From positions 48,347 through 112,346 of the forward strand of contig JAMOSB010000012.1 of the NCBI GenBank assembly GCA_027068485.1: 64,000 bases of DNA, given 5' to 3'. The notes beneath the pieces were generated by a model. That model was not told where the DNA came from and did not search any database. It was given only the letters and a program-made list of their open reading frames with translations. This document shows, in pieces, positions 18,023 through 28,149 of the stretch (its first letter is position 1; each line of letters starts with the position of its first letter). A program made the position numbers and the translations under genes. Source of the stretch: Sulfurovum sp. (GTDB lineage Bacteria; Campylobacterota; Campylobacteria; Campylobacterales; Sulfurovaceae).

Positions 18023-19858
18023 ATGCCGACACAGACTTTTCCACTTTTTTTTAAAGCCAACCTACTCCTCACCGCACTACTCTTTACCCTCTTTTTGAGC
18101 TTCAACCAAGGCTATACACTCCTCACCTTTGGAGTGACACTCGCAGGAGCGATAGGGAGTGCGGGGGTACTCTACCTCCTCTTTGCACTGATTCTACTCC
18201 CCCTACGATGGTCACCACGCTGGAGACTTCCACTCTCCGCACTCCTCTTTATCCTCACCGATGTAGCCCTTCTTACTGACCTCTTTATCTACAAACTCTT
18301 TGGCTTTCATATCAATGCAATGGTACTCAATATCCTCACCTCCCCCGATGCACTCGACTCGATCCAAGCGGGGGTTATGCCTCTGATACTCTTTGGGGGG
18401 TTGGTGGTGGGGAGTGTGGCACTAGAGTGGTATCTCCTACACCGACTCCACCGCCTAAGCCTCCCCACACAGCAGAGACTCAACCGCCTGAGTAATCGCG
18501 TTATCCTCCTTCCCCTCCTTGTGATTATCCTTGGGGAGAAGGTGAGCTATGGGGTCGCCTCACTCTTCTCCTACAACGCCATTGTCTCCAAGTTTCGCGT
18601 GATTCCTCTCTATCAGCCCTTGACCTTCCGACGCATCGCCGCCAAACACTTTGGGTTCAAGGCAGAGGAGCAGGCCAAATACAGTATCCAGACCGATGCG
18701 ACCCTCCACTACCCTCTTCGCCCACTCACCCTTGCACCCGACCAGAAACCCTTCCCGATCTTTATCATCGCGAGTGACGCAGTCAAGTATACGATCCTCA
18801 GCCCCGAACTCACCCCACACCTCACCGCCTTTGCCAAGGAGTCCCTCAACTTTAAGCACCACTACAGTGGAGGCAATAGCACACGGTTTGGGATCTTTTC
18901 ACTGATGTATGGACTCAATGCCACCTACTGGTTTAGCTTCCTCAATGCCAACCAAAAGCCCCTACTCTTTGATATCCTCCAACAGCTCCACTATCAGATC
19001 GATATCTTCTCCTCGACCAACACCAACTGGCCAGAGTTTCGCAAGACCTGCTATGTGGCGATCCAATCCTCTATCCACGATAGGTTTGAGGGGGTACCAT
19101 GGAGAAAAGATCGACAAAATACCGACTGCTTCCTTCAGAGTCTCACCCCCACCACCACCCCACGCTTTAGCTTCGTCTTCCTTGATGCTCCACATGGCTA
19201 CTCCTACCCCCAAGCGTTCAACCTACACCACGCCCCCAAAGAGGAGATCAACTACCTCAAGGTAACCCAAGGGAGCCAAGAGCTTCAAAAGGTCATCAAA
19301 CGCTACAAAAATGCTGTCGCCTACAACGATGCCCTCTTTGGGGAGATGATCGCCAAACTCAAAGCGGTAGGACTCTATGAAGAGTCACTTATCCTCTTCA
19401 CCTCCGACCATGGGCAGGAGTTTTTTGAGCAGGGCAACTTCGGACACAACACCGCTTTCTCAGAGGGGCAGACCCATATCCCTCTACTGATGAAGCTCCC
19501 CAAGTCACTCCAAAACCAAGGCTTAGGGCGTGCGATCAATGACTCACTCAGTAGCCATCAAGACCTCGTCCCTACCCTCCTCACACTCCTAGGTGTCACC
19601 AGTGACCCCCAGAGCTATAGCAACGGTAAAGATCTCTTAGCCCCCACCTTCCACCGTGACTATGTCCTCAGTGCCAACTGGAACAACAACGCCATTATCA
19701 CCCCCACACGCACCTATCTCTTCTCCAACCTCCCCAACAAGATGTTTAGCAGTGAGATACGCGATAGCCAAAGCTACCAACTCCTCTCCAAGGAGCGGGT
19801 ACCAAGTCAACTCATCCTCCACGCGATCGATGAGAACAAAAAATTTATACGCCCCTAA
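18023..19858 (+). CDS. YejM/PbgA-like inner-membrane protein with a periplasmic alkaline-phosphatase/sulfatase-superfamily domain.
   Basis: AAGGAG RBS. Five N-terminal TM helices, then a sulfatase-like domain (FIIASDAV...FTSDHGQEF). Confidence 0.7.
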   Translation: MPTQTFPLFFKANLLLTALLFTLFLSFNQGYTLLTFGVTLAGAIGSAGVLYLLFALILLPLRWSPRWRLPLSALLFILTDVALLTDLFIYKLFGFHINAMVLNILTSPDALDSIQAGVMPLILFGGLVVGSVALEWYLLHRLHRLSLPTQQRLNRLSNRVILLPLLVIILGEKVSYGVASLFSYNAIVSKFRVIPLYQPLTFRRIAAKHFGFKAEEQAKYSIQTDATLHYPLRPLTLAPDQKPFPIFIIASDAVKYTILSPELTPHLTAFAKESLNFKHHYSGGNSTRFGIFSLMYGLNATYWFSFLNANQKPLLFDILQQLHYQIDIFSSTNTNWPEFRKTCYVAIQSSIHDRFEGVPWRKDRQNTDCFLQSLTPTTTPRFSFVFLDAPHGYSYPQAFNLHHAPKEEINYLKVTQGSQELQKVIKRYKNAVAYNDALFGEMIAKLKAVGLYEESLILFTSDHGQEFFEQGNFGHNTAFSEGQTHIPLLMKLPKSLQNQGLGRAINDSLSSHQDLVPTLLTLLGVTSDPQSYSNGKDLLAPTFHRDYVLSANWNNNAIITPTRTYLFSNLPNKMFSSEIRDSQSYQLLSKERVPSQLILHAIDENKKFIRP

Positions 19859-19868
19859 GGAGAGAGTA

Positions 19869-20435
19869 ATGCAAGCGATGATTCAGCGTGAACTTCATGC
19901 CCACCAAGAGACCCTAACCCACACCATCGAGACGATGCGACCTGCGATCGAAGAGGCACTCACGACCCTCATCTCAACCCTTCAGCGGGGGAACAAAATC
20001 CTACTCTGTGGCAATGGAGGCTCCGCAGCTGATGCCCAACATATCGCAGCCGAACTCACAGGACGCTACCGCATCGAACGCCAAGCCCTTCCCGCCATCG
20101 CCTTGAGTACCGATACCTCGGCTCTCACTGCCATCGCCAATGACTATGGGTATGACGCTGTCTTTGAGCGACAGGTCGAAGCGTTGGCACGCAAGGGGGA
20201 TCTACTCATTGGGATCTCAACAAGTGGCAACTCCACCAATATCCTCCGTGCCATACACAAAGCCAACGCCATGGGGTGTCAGACACTAGGGTTGAGTGGT
20301 GCCAAGGGGGGAGAGATGCGTAGCGTCTGTGATCTTAACCTCATCATCCCCTCAGATGCGACCCCTCGTATCCAAGAGATGCACATCATGCTAGGGCATA
20401 TCCTCTGCCAAGGGGTCGATGAGGCGTTTGCCTAA
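19869..20435 (+). CDS. gmhA: Phosphoheptose (sedoheptulose-7-phosphate) isomerase.
   Basis: AGGAG RBS before ATG 19869. [19 protein letters not shown], and GISTSGNS. The longer track ORF (from 19656) overlaps the upstream gene and is not GmhA-like. Confidence 0.9.
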   Translation: MQAMIQRELHAHQETLTHTIETMRPAIEEALTTLISTLQRGNKILLCGNGGSAADAQHIAAELTGRYRIERQALPAIALSTDTSALTAIANDYGYDAVFERQVEALARKGDLLIGISTSGNSTNILRAIHKANAMGCQTLGLSGAKGGEMRSVCDLNLIIPSDATPRIQEMHIMLGHILCQGVDEAFA

Positions 20436-20441
20436 TCCACG

Positions 20442-22271
20442 CTAGTGGTGAAGTCGCTTATCGTAGATATAGTAGCTTCCATAGAGGTACTCCAACCCCT
20501 CCTTGATGCGTGTTTGGTTCTGCTCCTGTTTACGGTAGTCCAGCCCATAGCACTGCGGTGCGTGAGACTTTTGATAGAGGACAAACCCCCCATCACTCAG
20601 ATAAGCATAGGCACCATGGTGGATCATCAAGGCTCGGGAGTGATCCCTACGGGTGAGATCCTCTCCCATCGCAGGGATATCCGCCTCCACCCCTGCTACA
20701 TCGAGTAGGGTCGGAGCGATGTCGATCTGATGGGTCACCCCACGCACTTCACGCGGTGGGAGATCCTTGGCGATAAACAACGCAGGGATACGAAACATCT
20801 TCACAGGAACTTTCGCCTCACCATAGATCTTGGCATTGTGGTCTGCCACCATCGCAAGTACCCCATCCTCAAAAAATTCTTCTCTCTTAAGCCACGCATA
20901 GAACTCCCCTAGAGCATAATCCGCATACTTAATCGCATTGGGAAATGACGCAACAGGGGCTTGGTCATAGTACTCAATCTTCCCCTCAGGGTAGTCAAAT
21001 GGCTTATGGGCAGAGAGGGTAAAGAGCATCAAGAAGAGTGGTTTATCACTCTGAGAGAGGATCTCCTCTGCTTTAGCATAGAGTGCCTCATCAGGAACAC
21101 CCCAAGTGTAGCGTTTGATCCCTCGATCAAAATCATACTTATCGATCACCTCATCAAAGCCGTTATTGAGTGCAAACCCCTTCATCGTATCAAACTTACT
21201 ATCTCCCCCATAGAGAAAGACTGTCCGATACCCTTTTGCTTGCATCGTGCGTGCGAGTGTCCAGAAGTGTGTTTGAGACTTAGGAAGCTTGAGATAGGTA
21301 CTCGCATAGATCGGAAAGAGCGAACTTAGCACCGCCTCAAAGCCTCGGTTGGAGCGATAGGAGGAGGAGTACATATTGGAGAGGAACAGCCCCTCTTTGC
21401 TCATCGCATCGAAGTGTGGTGTAGTGGGTGTCCCCCCAAGGCTCCCCACATAACTCGACCCAAAACTCTCCATCAACACCAAGACCACCTGTCGTTTAGA
21501 ACTAAAGTGTGTCGATTGGTGGTGGCGTAGTGTCCTAGAGGAGTCGTAGGGCTTGGGGCTAAGGGCTTGGAGCGATGCGATCGGAGAGGAGGGTATCTCA
21601 CCAAACACTGGCATCCCCTCTTTTTGTTTGAGGTAGAGGGCGTAGAGCAGTGAGAAGAGGGTGTTGTTGACAATATCGTTTTTGATCGTGGAGTTGGTGT
21701 AGCTATAGAAGCTCTGATTGGGTGTAGAGGAGTCAAAGGAGGAGCGTATCCCGATAAAAAGCACCACCAAGAGCAACGGAAGCAGGAGGAGTTTGGGGAG
21801 TATAGGCGTAGCCACCAGATGCTTTTGGCTCACCCCAAAGAGGCGGTAGGAGCCATAGACCAAGAGCGGTACCACCACCACCAAGACCTGCCAGTAGGAG
21901 ACCCACACCATCTCTAAGACCTCTTGTGGATAGGCTAGATACTCTACAAACTGATAGTTGAGCCGTGTACGAAACTCCTCAAAGAAGTAGTAGTTTGCCA
22001 CCTCCAGATACCCCAACACAAAAAAGACCCCCACCAGTAGCACCCGTGCCAACCAGACCAGATTGAGCGTAAAGAGTAGCAGTGGCACCACCAACAGCGC
22101 AGAAAGGACGATACTATCCATCCGCAACGCATAGAGAAAAAAGGGCAGATCCAAGACGATATCATACGCATAGACCAGCACCATCCTTGCCACCCAAAAG
22201 AGGAGGAGTACTCCAAGGGCATACCACCCCAAGAGTCGGTACCCTCGCAACACATCTCTAAACTTCTCCAT
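20442..22271 (-). CDS. LtaS/OpgB-type membrane phosphotransferase (sulfatase-fold; phosphoglycerol or phosphoethanolamine transferase-like).
   Basis: Multi-TM N-terminus. The extracytoplasmic domain has VVLVLMESFGSSYVG and LFTLSAHKPF motifs. Confidence 0.8.
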   Translation of the reverse strand: MEKFRDVLRGYRLLGWYALGVLLLFWVARMVLVYAYDIVLDLPFFLYALRMDSIVLSALLVVPLLLFTLNLVWLARVLLVGVFFVLGYLEVANYYFFEEFRTRLNYQFVEYLAYPQEVLEMVWVSYWQVLVVVVPLLVYGSYRLFGVSQKHLVATPILPKLLLLPLLLVVLFIGIRSSFDSSTPNQSFYSYTNSTIKNDIVNNTLFSLLYALYLKQKEGMPVFGEIPSSPIASLQALSPKPYDSSRTLRHHQSTHFSSKRQVVLVLMESFGSSYVGSLGGTPTTPHFDAMSKEGLFLSNMYSSSYRSNRGFEAVLSSLFPIYASTYLKLPKSQTHFWTLARTMQAKGYRTVFLYGGDSKFDTMKGFALNNGFDEVIDKYDFDRGIKRYTWGVPDEALYAKAEEILSQSDKPLFLMLFTLSAHKPFDYPEGKIEYYDQAPVASFPNAIKYADYALGEFYAWLKREEFFEDGVLAMVADHNAKIYGEAKVPVKMFRIPALFIAKDLPPREVRGVTHQIDIAPTLLDVAGVEADIPAMGEDLTRRDHSRALMIHHGAYAYLSDGGFVLYQKSHAPQCYGLDYRKQEQNQTRIKEGLEYLYGSYYIYDKRLHH

Positions 22272-22289
22272 TCTTCTTCCTTTATCTTA

Positions 22290-22898
22290 CTAAACTTCAC
22301 CCACGAGATAGCCCCGCTCCTCAAGGTAGCTAAGCACCGATGCCACTAACTCCTCTAGGCTCATCTGCTCACCTCTTAGCCAGATCTCAGGTGTAGTGGG
22401 GGCTTCATAGGGTGAGGAGATCCCCGTAAAGTTGGGGATCTCACCACTGCGTGCCTTACGATATAACCCCTTGGGGTCTCTTGCTTCACAGATCGCTAGG
22501 GGGGTATCGACAAATACTTCGATAAACTCCCCCTGCTCTACGACCCCTCTCACCTGCTCTCTATCAGCTTGAAAAGGGGAGATAAATGCACTCAAGACGA
22601 TCATCCCCGCATCGACAAAGAGCTTGCCCACCTCCCCGATACGACGGATATTCTCCACCCGATCCCTATCAGAAAAGCCCAATCCTCGATTGAGTCCTAG
22701 ACGGATATTGTCCCCATCAAGGAGATAGGTGTGGTGTCCCCGCGTGACGAGTTCCGCCTCCACCGCATTGGCGATGGTCGATTTGCCACTGCCACTCAAC
22801 CCCGTAAACCAAAGAATCGCAGGTTTTTGAGCCTTGAGTCTTGCCCGTTGTAGCTTGGTGACTTGTGGCGTATGCCATGTGAGATGCTTAGTTGACAT
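22290..22898 (-). CDS. cysC: Adenylyl-sulfate (APS) kinase, canonical.
   Basis: [20 protein letters not shown]-loop, [32 protein letters not shown], and FISPF. Start taken at ATG 22898; the alternative is GTG 22946. Confidence 0.85.
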   Translation of the reverse strand: MSTKHLTWHTPQVTKLQRARLKAQKPAILWFTGLSGSGKSTIANAVEAELVTRGHHTYLLDGDNIRLGLNRGLGFSDRDRVENIRRIGEVGKLFVDAGMIVLSAFISPFQADREQVRGVVEQGEFIEVFVDTPLAICEARDPKGLYRKARSGEIPNFTGISSPYEAPTTPEIWLRGEQMSLEELVASVLSYLEERGYLVGEV

Positions 22899-23613
22899 AG
22901 TGACGCTTGATATAGGTGACGATCTGCTCTGTTGCCTCCTCGACACTCAGACGATCCGTATCGATGATGATCTCGGCATGTTGAGGCTCCTCATAGGGGT
23001 CATTAACCCCTGAGAAGTAGGGCAACTCCCCACGCAACGCTTTGGCATAGACCCCCTTGTAGTCTCGTGCTTGACAACTTTGAGGGGTCGCTTTGATATA
23101 GACTACTACCGTATTTTTGACCATGTGACGGATCGTTTTTCGACTCTCGGTATAGGGGGAGACAAAGGAGGCTACCGTAGAGATCGCATTATTTTGTAGG
23201 GTTTTGATCAGGTGTCCTATCCGTTTCATATGACGGTTACGATCTTCTCGACTAAACCCAATATTGGGTACCACATCGCGTATCTCTTTGGAGTCGAGTC
23301 GCTCAAGGGGGATATCCAGCTTCAACAGCTCCTCATAGACACGGTTGGCAATCGTCGTCTTACCACTCAGTGGCAACCCTGTAAACCAGAGATTAAACGG
23401 CTCAATACGCTCCCGCCCCCATCGTACCTTAAACCACACCCGCTCATGAAGCCAGTAGAGTCCTACCTTGAGCAGTGTCTCAATCATCCCCGCAGCAATC
23501 GCAAGATCGAGCCGATCAAAGAAGAAGTAGACAATCACAATGGTCGTTGTCGTCGCAATAACACGCCAGCTTATCCCCTTGGCGATGGAGCGGGTATTGG
23601 TCTCTTTATACAT
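22888..23613 (-). CDS. Fusion of a DUF2061-type membrane domain to a divergent APS-kinase-like domain.
   Basis: N-terminus [24 protein letters not shown]...[10 protein letters not shown]. The kinase domain has P-loop [16 protein letters not shown], but LDSKEIR replaces the canonical LDGDNxR. Confidence 0.8.
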   Translation of the reverse strand: MYKETNTRSIAKGISWRVIATTTTIVIVYFFFDRLDLAIAAGMIETLLKVGLYWLHERVWFKVRWGRERIEPFNLWFTGLPLSGKTTIANRVYEELLKLDIPLERLDSKEIRDVVPNIGFSREDRNRHMKRIGHLIKTLQNNAISTVASFVSPYTESRKTIRHMVKNTVVVYIKATPQSCQARDYKGVYAKALRGELPYFSGVNDPYEEPQHAEIIIDTDRLSVEEATEQIVTYIKRHYVN

Positions 23614-25028
23614 TAGATTGCTTTACAACCCCACTCAGGAAAGTGTGATCGGATATAGGCATTGAGTGCGACCTCTGAGGCACTATAGGTACGCGGTGGG
23701 GTGATTGTCCTATCACTCTCTCGCTTTGCCACATCGACAATCATCCCTGCCCCTACGGTGTTGTTAGTGAGACGATCGATTAAGATAAAGCTCCCTGTCT
23801 GACGGTTCTGTCGATAGGCATCTACTGCGATAGGACGGGTGAGGCGGAGGCGTGCAGAGGCGATATCATTGAGCTGAAGTTGCTCCGTCTGCTCTCGCTC
23901 ATAGGTGTTGATATCGATACGGTAGTTGATATGCTCCACCACCCCCGCAATCAGACTACTCGCACACTTGATATCATAGGTTCGCCCCACCTCCATGGCT
24001 ACCTCATCCATCCAGACGAGCATCACTTTGAGCATATTGGAGACGCGTGGCAGGGTATTGGTATGTACCAGCATATCCCCACGACTGATATCCACCTCGT
24101 CTGTGGTGGTCACCGTCACCGCCATCTTTTTAGAGGCGACTTGGGATACCTCTCCTGCATTGAGGATCTCCTTGATATGGGTACTCTTCCCCGAGGGCAA
24201 TACCGTAATCGTATCCCCTACTTTGACCTCTCCACTCGCAACCGTCCCGCAAAAACCTCTAAAGTCTAGATTGGGGCGATTGACATACTGCACAGGGAGG
24301 CGAAAGGACTCAGCATGAGGCGATCGCTCCACCTTCAGCCCATCAAGAAGGCTCAGGAGTGGCTCTCCCTTATACCACCCAAGGTGAGGTGTTCGCTCTA
24401 CGACATTATCTCCCGTCAAAGCACTAAGCGGTATCGTATAGGTGTGGGGGATCCCTAACTCTTGAGCAAGAAGTCCATAGGAGGCTTTGATCTGCTCAAA
24501 CACCTCTTGACTAAAGTCGACTAGATCCATCTTATTGATCGCAACAATCACATGCTCTATCCCCAAGAGGTTGACAATATAGCTATGCCGTCGGGTCTGT
24601 GTGAGTATCCCCTTTCGTGCATCGATAAGGATGATTGCCACATCTGCGGTGGAGGCTCCTGTAACCATATTGCGTGTATACTGCTCATGCCCTGGAGTAT
24701 CAGCGATGATATATTTGCGATGCTCTGTCGCAAAGAAGCGGTACGCCACATCGATGGTGATCCCCTGCTCTCGCTCACTCTGCAATCCATCCACAAGCAG
24801 TGCAAGATCGATCGCTTCACCTGTGGTACCATACTTCTGGCTCTCACGCTTCACAGAGGCGAGTTGATCATCTAAGACCATCTGACTATCATAGAGTAGT
24901 CGCCCAATAAGTGTACTCTTCCCATCATCAACACTACCACAGGTGAGAAAACGGAGCATATCTTTCTGCTCATGTGCTTTAAGGTACGCCTCTATATCGG
25001 TTGTGATGGCTTCTTTTTGGTTTGACAT
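23613..25028 (-). CDS. cysN: Sulfate adenylyltransferase subunit 1 (GTPase).
   Basis: GSVDDGKSTLIGRLL, DTPGHEQY and NKMDL GTPase motifs. No fused APS-kinase domain. Confidence 0.9.
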   Translation of the reverse strand: MSNQKEAITTDIEAYLKAHEQKDMLRFLTCGSVDDGKSTLIGRLLYDSQMVLDDQLASVKRESQKYGTTGEAIDLALLVDGLQSEREQGITIDVAYRFFATEHRKYIIADTPGHEQYTRNMVTGASTADVAIILIDARKGILTQTRRHSYIVNLLGIEHVIVAINKMDLVDFSQEVFEQIKASYGLLAQELGIPHTYTIPLSALTGDNVVERTPHLGWYKGEPLLSLLDGLKVERSPHAESFRLPVQYVNRPNLDFRGFCGTVASGEVKVGDTITVLPSGKSTHIKEILNAGEVSQVASKKMAVTVTTTDEVDISRGDMLVHTNTLPRVSNMLKVMLVWMDEVAMEVGRTYDIKCASSLIAGVVEHINYRIDINTYEREQTEQLQLNDIASARLRLTRPIAVDAYRQNRQTGSFILIDRLTNNTVGAGMIVDVAKRESDRTITPPRTYSASEVALNAYIRSHFPEWGCKAI

Positions 25029-25029
25029 C

Positions 25030-25941
25030 CTAAAAATACCCCTCTATCTTTTTGCGTTCCATCGCTCCCTCACTCTCCTTGTCGATAAGTCGCCCCTCTC
25101 GCTCACTACTCGTAGAGAGGAGCATCTCTTGGATAATCTCAGGGAGGGTGGAGGCGGTGGAGGCGATGGCTCCTGTGAGTGGATAGCACCCTAGCGTACG
25201 AAACCGTACCATCTCTTTGGTAGCAGTTTTGCGTAGTGCCTCAGGGACACGGTCATCATCGACAAGGATCTTTGTCCCCTCATAGGCTACCACCTCTCGC
25301 TCTTTGGCAAAGTAGAGTGAGGGGATCTCAATAGATTCGAGATAGATATACTGCCAGATATCTAGCTCTGTCCAGTTGCTCAAAGGGAAGACGCGTACCG
25401 ACTCCCCCTTGTTGATTGAGGTATTGTAGAGACTCCACAGCTCGGGGCGTTGGTTTTTGGGATCCCATCGGTGGTGCTGATCTCTAAACGAGAAGATACG
25501 CTCCTTAGCACGGCTCTTCTCCTCATCACGCCTAGCACCTCCGATGATCGCATCATACCCCCCCGCATCGAGGGCTTGCTTGAGTGCCTCAGTCTTCATC
25601 ACCTCCGTATGGACTCTACTCCCATGGGTGAAGGGGCTGATATCCATCGCAATCCCCTTAGGGTTGGTGTGTACTACCAGATCGAGTCCCAACTCTCTCG
25701 CACGCCGATCACGAAAGGCGATCATCTCATGAAACTTCCAGAGCGTATCGACATGGAGAAACTTCAAGGGAGGCTTAGCAGGAGCAAAGGCTTTCATCGC
25801 GAGGTGGAGCATCACAGAGCTATCTTTGCCCACACTATACATCATCACAGGATTCTCAAAGACCGCTACCACCTCACGGAGGATATGGATCGACTCCGCT
25901 TCAAGCTGTTTGAGATGGGTCAGTCGCTCTTGGGTTAGCAT
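25030..25941 (-). CDS. cysD: Sulfate adenylyltransferase subunit 2.
   Basis: [15 protein letters not shown]..., [14 protein letters not shown] (PP-loop SxGxDS), and a C-terminal KKIEGYF. Confidence 0.9.
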   Translation of the reverse strand: MLTQERLTHLKQLEAESIHILREVVAVFENPVMMYSVGKDSSVMLHLAMKAFAPAKPPLKFLHVDTLWKFHEMIAFRDRRARELGLDLVVHTNPKGIAMDISPFTHGSRVHTEVMKTEALKQALDAGGYDAIIGGARRDEEKSRAKERIFSFRDQHHRWDPKNQRPELWSLYNTSINKGESVRVFPLSNWTELDIWQYIYLESIEIPSLYFAKEREVVAYEGTKILVDDDRVPEALRKTATKEMVRFRTLGCYPLTGAIASTASTLPEIIQEMLLSTSSEREGRLIDKESEGAMERKKIEGYF

Positions 25942-25994
25942 GAAGACTCCTTTGGTTGGGGGGATACTTTAGTGGTAGTATACCATAGTACGGG

Positions 25995-27041
25995 TTATCC
26001 CTCTGCTACCATCTGCTTATAGCGCTCAAAGGCGGGGTACTTGGTGAGTCTACCCTCTCGGTCATCGACGAGTCCATAGCCCGTAGCGATGAGTTGATGC
26101 CAGTAGATTCGCTCCACTTTGCCACTCTCACGGGCGATGGTGTGGTAGGTACCCATATAGCGTGCGTAGTCTAGGGGGCTGACACACTCTCGCTCGGAGG
26201 TGGGGGCGTAGGGGGCGGTGTTGGAGAGGGGCCAGTTGACCTCGGTGATGTAGAGGTGTTGGGTAGTCTTGGGGGAGAGTCTCATGAGTGCATAGAGCAT
26301 ATCGATCTTGGTACGGGTGTCAAAAATCCCCATCTGTTTATTGGTCGGAGCCCCGCGTCGATCGACATAGAGTAGTGCGCAGAAGCGATCATAGCGGAGG
26401 TTAAAACCATTGAAGAGGGTGCGAATAGTGTAGTGGTACTCAAAGTCAATCACCGAAGAGCCTACCAACTTTAGCTTGGGGTAGTCACGATCTCGTAGTG
26501 TTGCAATCTGCTCATACCACCCCAGATACTCCTCCATCGAGAAGAAGCCCCACTTGGTACGGTTGATGGCGTGACCAATCTGATACTCCGTGACAAACGG
26601 ACTAAACTTCTTAAAGATCTCTGCGACATCTCGTTGGAGTAGGTCACTATCTTCGATATGTTCGCGATCTTGGATAATCGAGAGTAAAATCTGCTTATCT
26701 GCTCCAAAACTCTGGGCAAAGGCGACCACCGCATCGATACGATCCATCTGCCATAGGGGCATCCGAATCAGAAGGTGCTTCACCCCAAGCTCCTCAATCA
26801 ACCCAACCTGTGCCTCTCCCTTGTCAATATCGACCCCCATACCATAAAACGCCTCCCCCTCGATCGCCTCCCCCTTAACCCATCGCATCATAAGCATCCC
26901 AAGCGGGAAAAAGATCATCGTAAGTAGCAGAAGGGGCAGATAACTCCAGCGATGCTTTGTTCGCATCTGTTGTTTATAGACTCGGTCTTTGATAGGATAG
27001 GGCTGATCAGAGTAACCATCCCAGATAAATGGTGCTTTCAT
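25995..27041 (-). CDS. Membrane-anchored hypothetical protein with a glycoside-hydrolase-like (TIM-barrel, clan GH-A-like) domain.
   Basis: One TM helix (YLPLLLLTMIFFPLGMLMM). YITEVNWP resembles the nucleophile-Glu strand of GH-A enzymes. The assignment is weak and made by eye only. Confidence 0.45.
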   Translation of the reverse strand: MKAPFIWDGYSDQPYPIKDRVYKQQMRTKHRWSYLPLLLLTMIFFPLGMLMMRWVKGEAIEGEAFYGMGVDIDKGEAQVGLIEELGVKHLLIRMPLWQMDRIDAVVAFAQSFGADKQILLSIIQDREHIEDSDLLQRDVAEIFKKFSPFVTEYQIGHAINRTKWGFFSMEEYLGWYEQIATLRDRDYPKLKLVGSSVIDFEYHYTIRTLFNGFNLRYDRFCALLYVDRRGAPTNKQMGIFDTRTKIDMLYALMRLSPKTTQHLYITEVNWPLSNTAPYAPTSERECVSPLDYARYMGTYHTIARESGKVERIYWHQLIATGYGLVDDREGRLTKYPAFERYKQMVAEG

Positions 27042-27108
27042 TCTACTTCCACTTTGCTACTGCTATAGTTCATACACGACTCCTCTCGTTGGTAGATTAT
27101 AACCTATC

Positions 27109-28137
27109 TTACCCCAATGCCCTCAACCGCTTCCATATCTTATACTTACGGATGAGGTTGAGTGGCTTTCGCTTGATGGTATGATGGCGTAAGAAATCCA
27201 AGCAGGCCTCTACCACCCGTTGGCTAGAGCGTCCATCCGCATAGGGGTGGGTCTGTGCGATAAAGCCCTCTAGTGCCTCCATCACCTTGGGAGGTCGAGT
27301 CAGTGCCTCTCGAATCGCCCCCTCGATGGCGTGGGCATCGGTGATATTGATCATATAGGGTTGGGGTTGGTTGTTGTTGAGTGTGACCACGGGCTTGTGC
27401 TGTAGGACAAACTCTGTGATGGCAGAGGTGGTATCGGAGAGCATCACATCGGCACGCGTAAAGAGCGGAATCAACTCTGTGGTGTCATAGAAGTGAAAAT
27501 ACTCCCCCTCCATCGCCAAAAACTGCTCCACAATCTCCCGCTCCATCTTGGGGTGTAACACCGCGATAAACTCCCACTCCCCTAGCCTTGCGAGTCGGGC
27601 GATCTCTGCAACTGCGGTGGGGTTCTTGGCTAGACTAAGACGCGTGGTGAAGGTGGAGCTGATCATCACCACTTTACGCGGTGTAGAGGGTAGCGATCTA
27701 GGCAGGGGGAAGAGTGGATCGACCTTACTCCACCCCGTCTCGACCACCTCAAAGTGGCGGTGCTTGGCTTGTAGTGCCTTAAAGGGTATGGTGGTACTAG
27801 GGCCTTGGGTACAGTAGAGATCAAAAAAGCCTCGGATATTGAAATGCCCCTTCGCATTGGAGCGTTTGCCCACACTAAACCCATGAAAAATCTGCACCTT
27901 AATCCCACTAAAGAAGTGCGGGACGACATTGGTTGCAACCAGTACAACATCGGGCTGATAGTGCTTCACCTCTGCAACCGTATGAAGCACCCTAGCGGTT
28001 TGATCGAGATGGGCTTTGGTCGCAGGCTCATCACAAAACCAATGCACCACTAGTCCGCGTCGCTCTATCTCCACTTGGAGGGGGCGACAGATAGGGATAC
28101 TGTAGGGTTGGGAGAGGTAGAGGAGAAATTTGGTCAT
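27109..28137 (-). CDS. CDP-glycerol glycerophosphotransferase (TagB/TagF)-like protein.
   Basis: ADVMLSDTTSAITEFVLQHKPVVTL resembles the conserved TagF-family C-terminal motif. Confidence 0.65.
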   Translation of the reverse strand: MTKFLLYLSQPYSIPICRPLQVEIERRGLVVHWFCDEPATKAHLDQTARVLHTVAEVKHYQPDVVLVATNVVPHFFSGIKVQIFHGFSVGKRSNAKGHFNIRGFFDLYCTQGPSTTIPFKALQAKHRHFEVVETGWSKVDPLFPLPRSLPSTPRKVVMISSTFTTRLSLAKNPTAVAEIARLARLGEWEFIAVLHPKMEREIVEQFLAMEGEYFHFYDTTELIPLFTRADVMLSDTTSAITEFVLQHKPVVTLNNNQPQPYMINITDAHAIEGAIREALTRPPKVMEALEGFIAQTHPYADGRSSQRVVEACLDFLRHHTIKRKPLNLIRKYKIWKRLRALG

Positions 28138-28149
28138 CTCTCACCTCCC

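Noticed and set aside
19656-19868. 5' extensions of track ORFs: gmhA from 19656, gmhB from 15971, prmA from 42676, ftsH from 43562, leuA from 45782, PAP2 from 38716, and the TagF-like gene from 30579.
   Set aside because: The extensions overlap the preceding gene, lack homology to the family N-terminus and lack an SD. Internal ATGs with good SD sequences reproduce canonical N-termini.
22290-25941. Reading cysDNC as ordinary assimilatory sulfate-reduction genes.
   Set aside because: The window has no cysH, cysI, cysJ, sir or transporter genes. The cassette sits inside a glycan operon, and a sulfotransferase-fold domain is present in the same locus. I cannot exclude a dual role without the whole genome.
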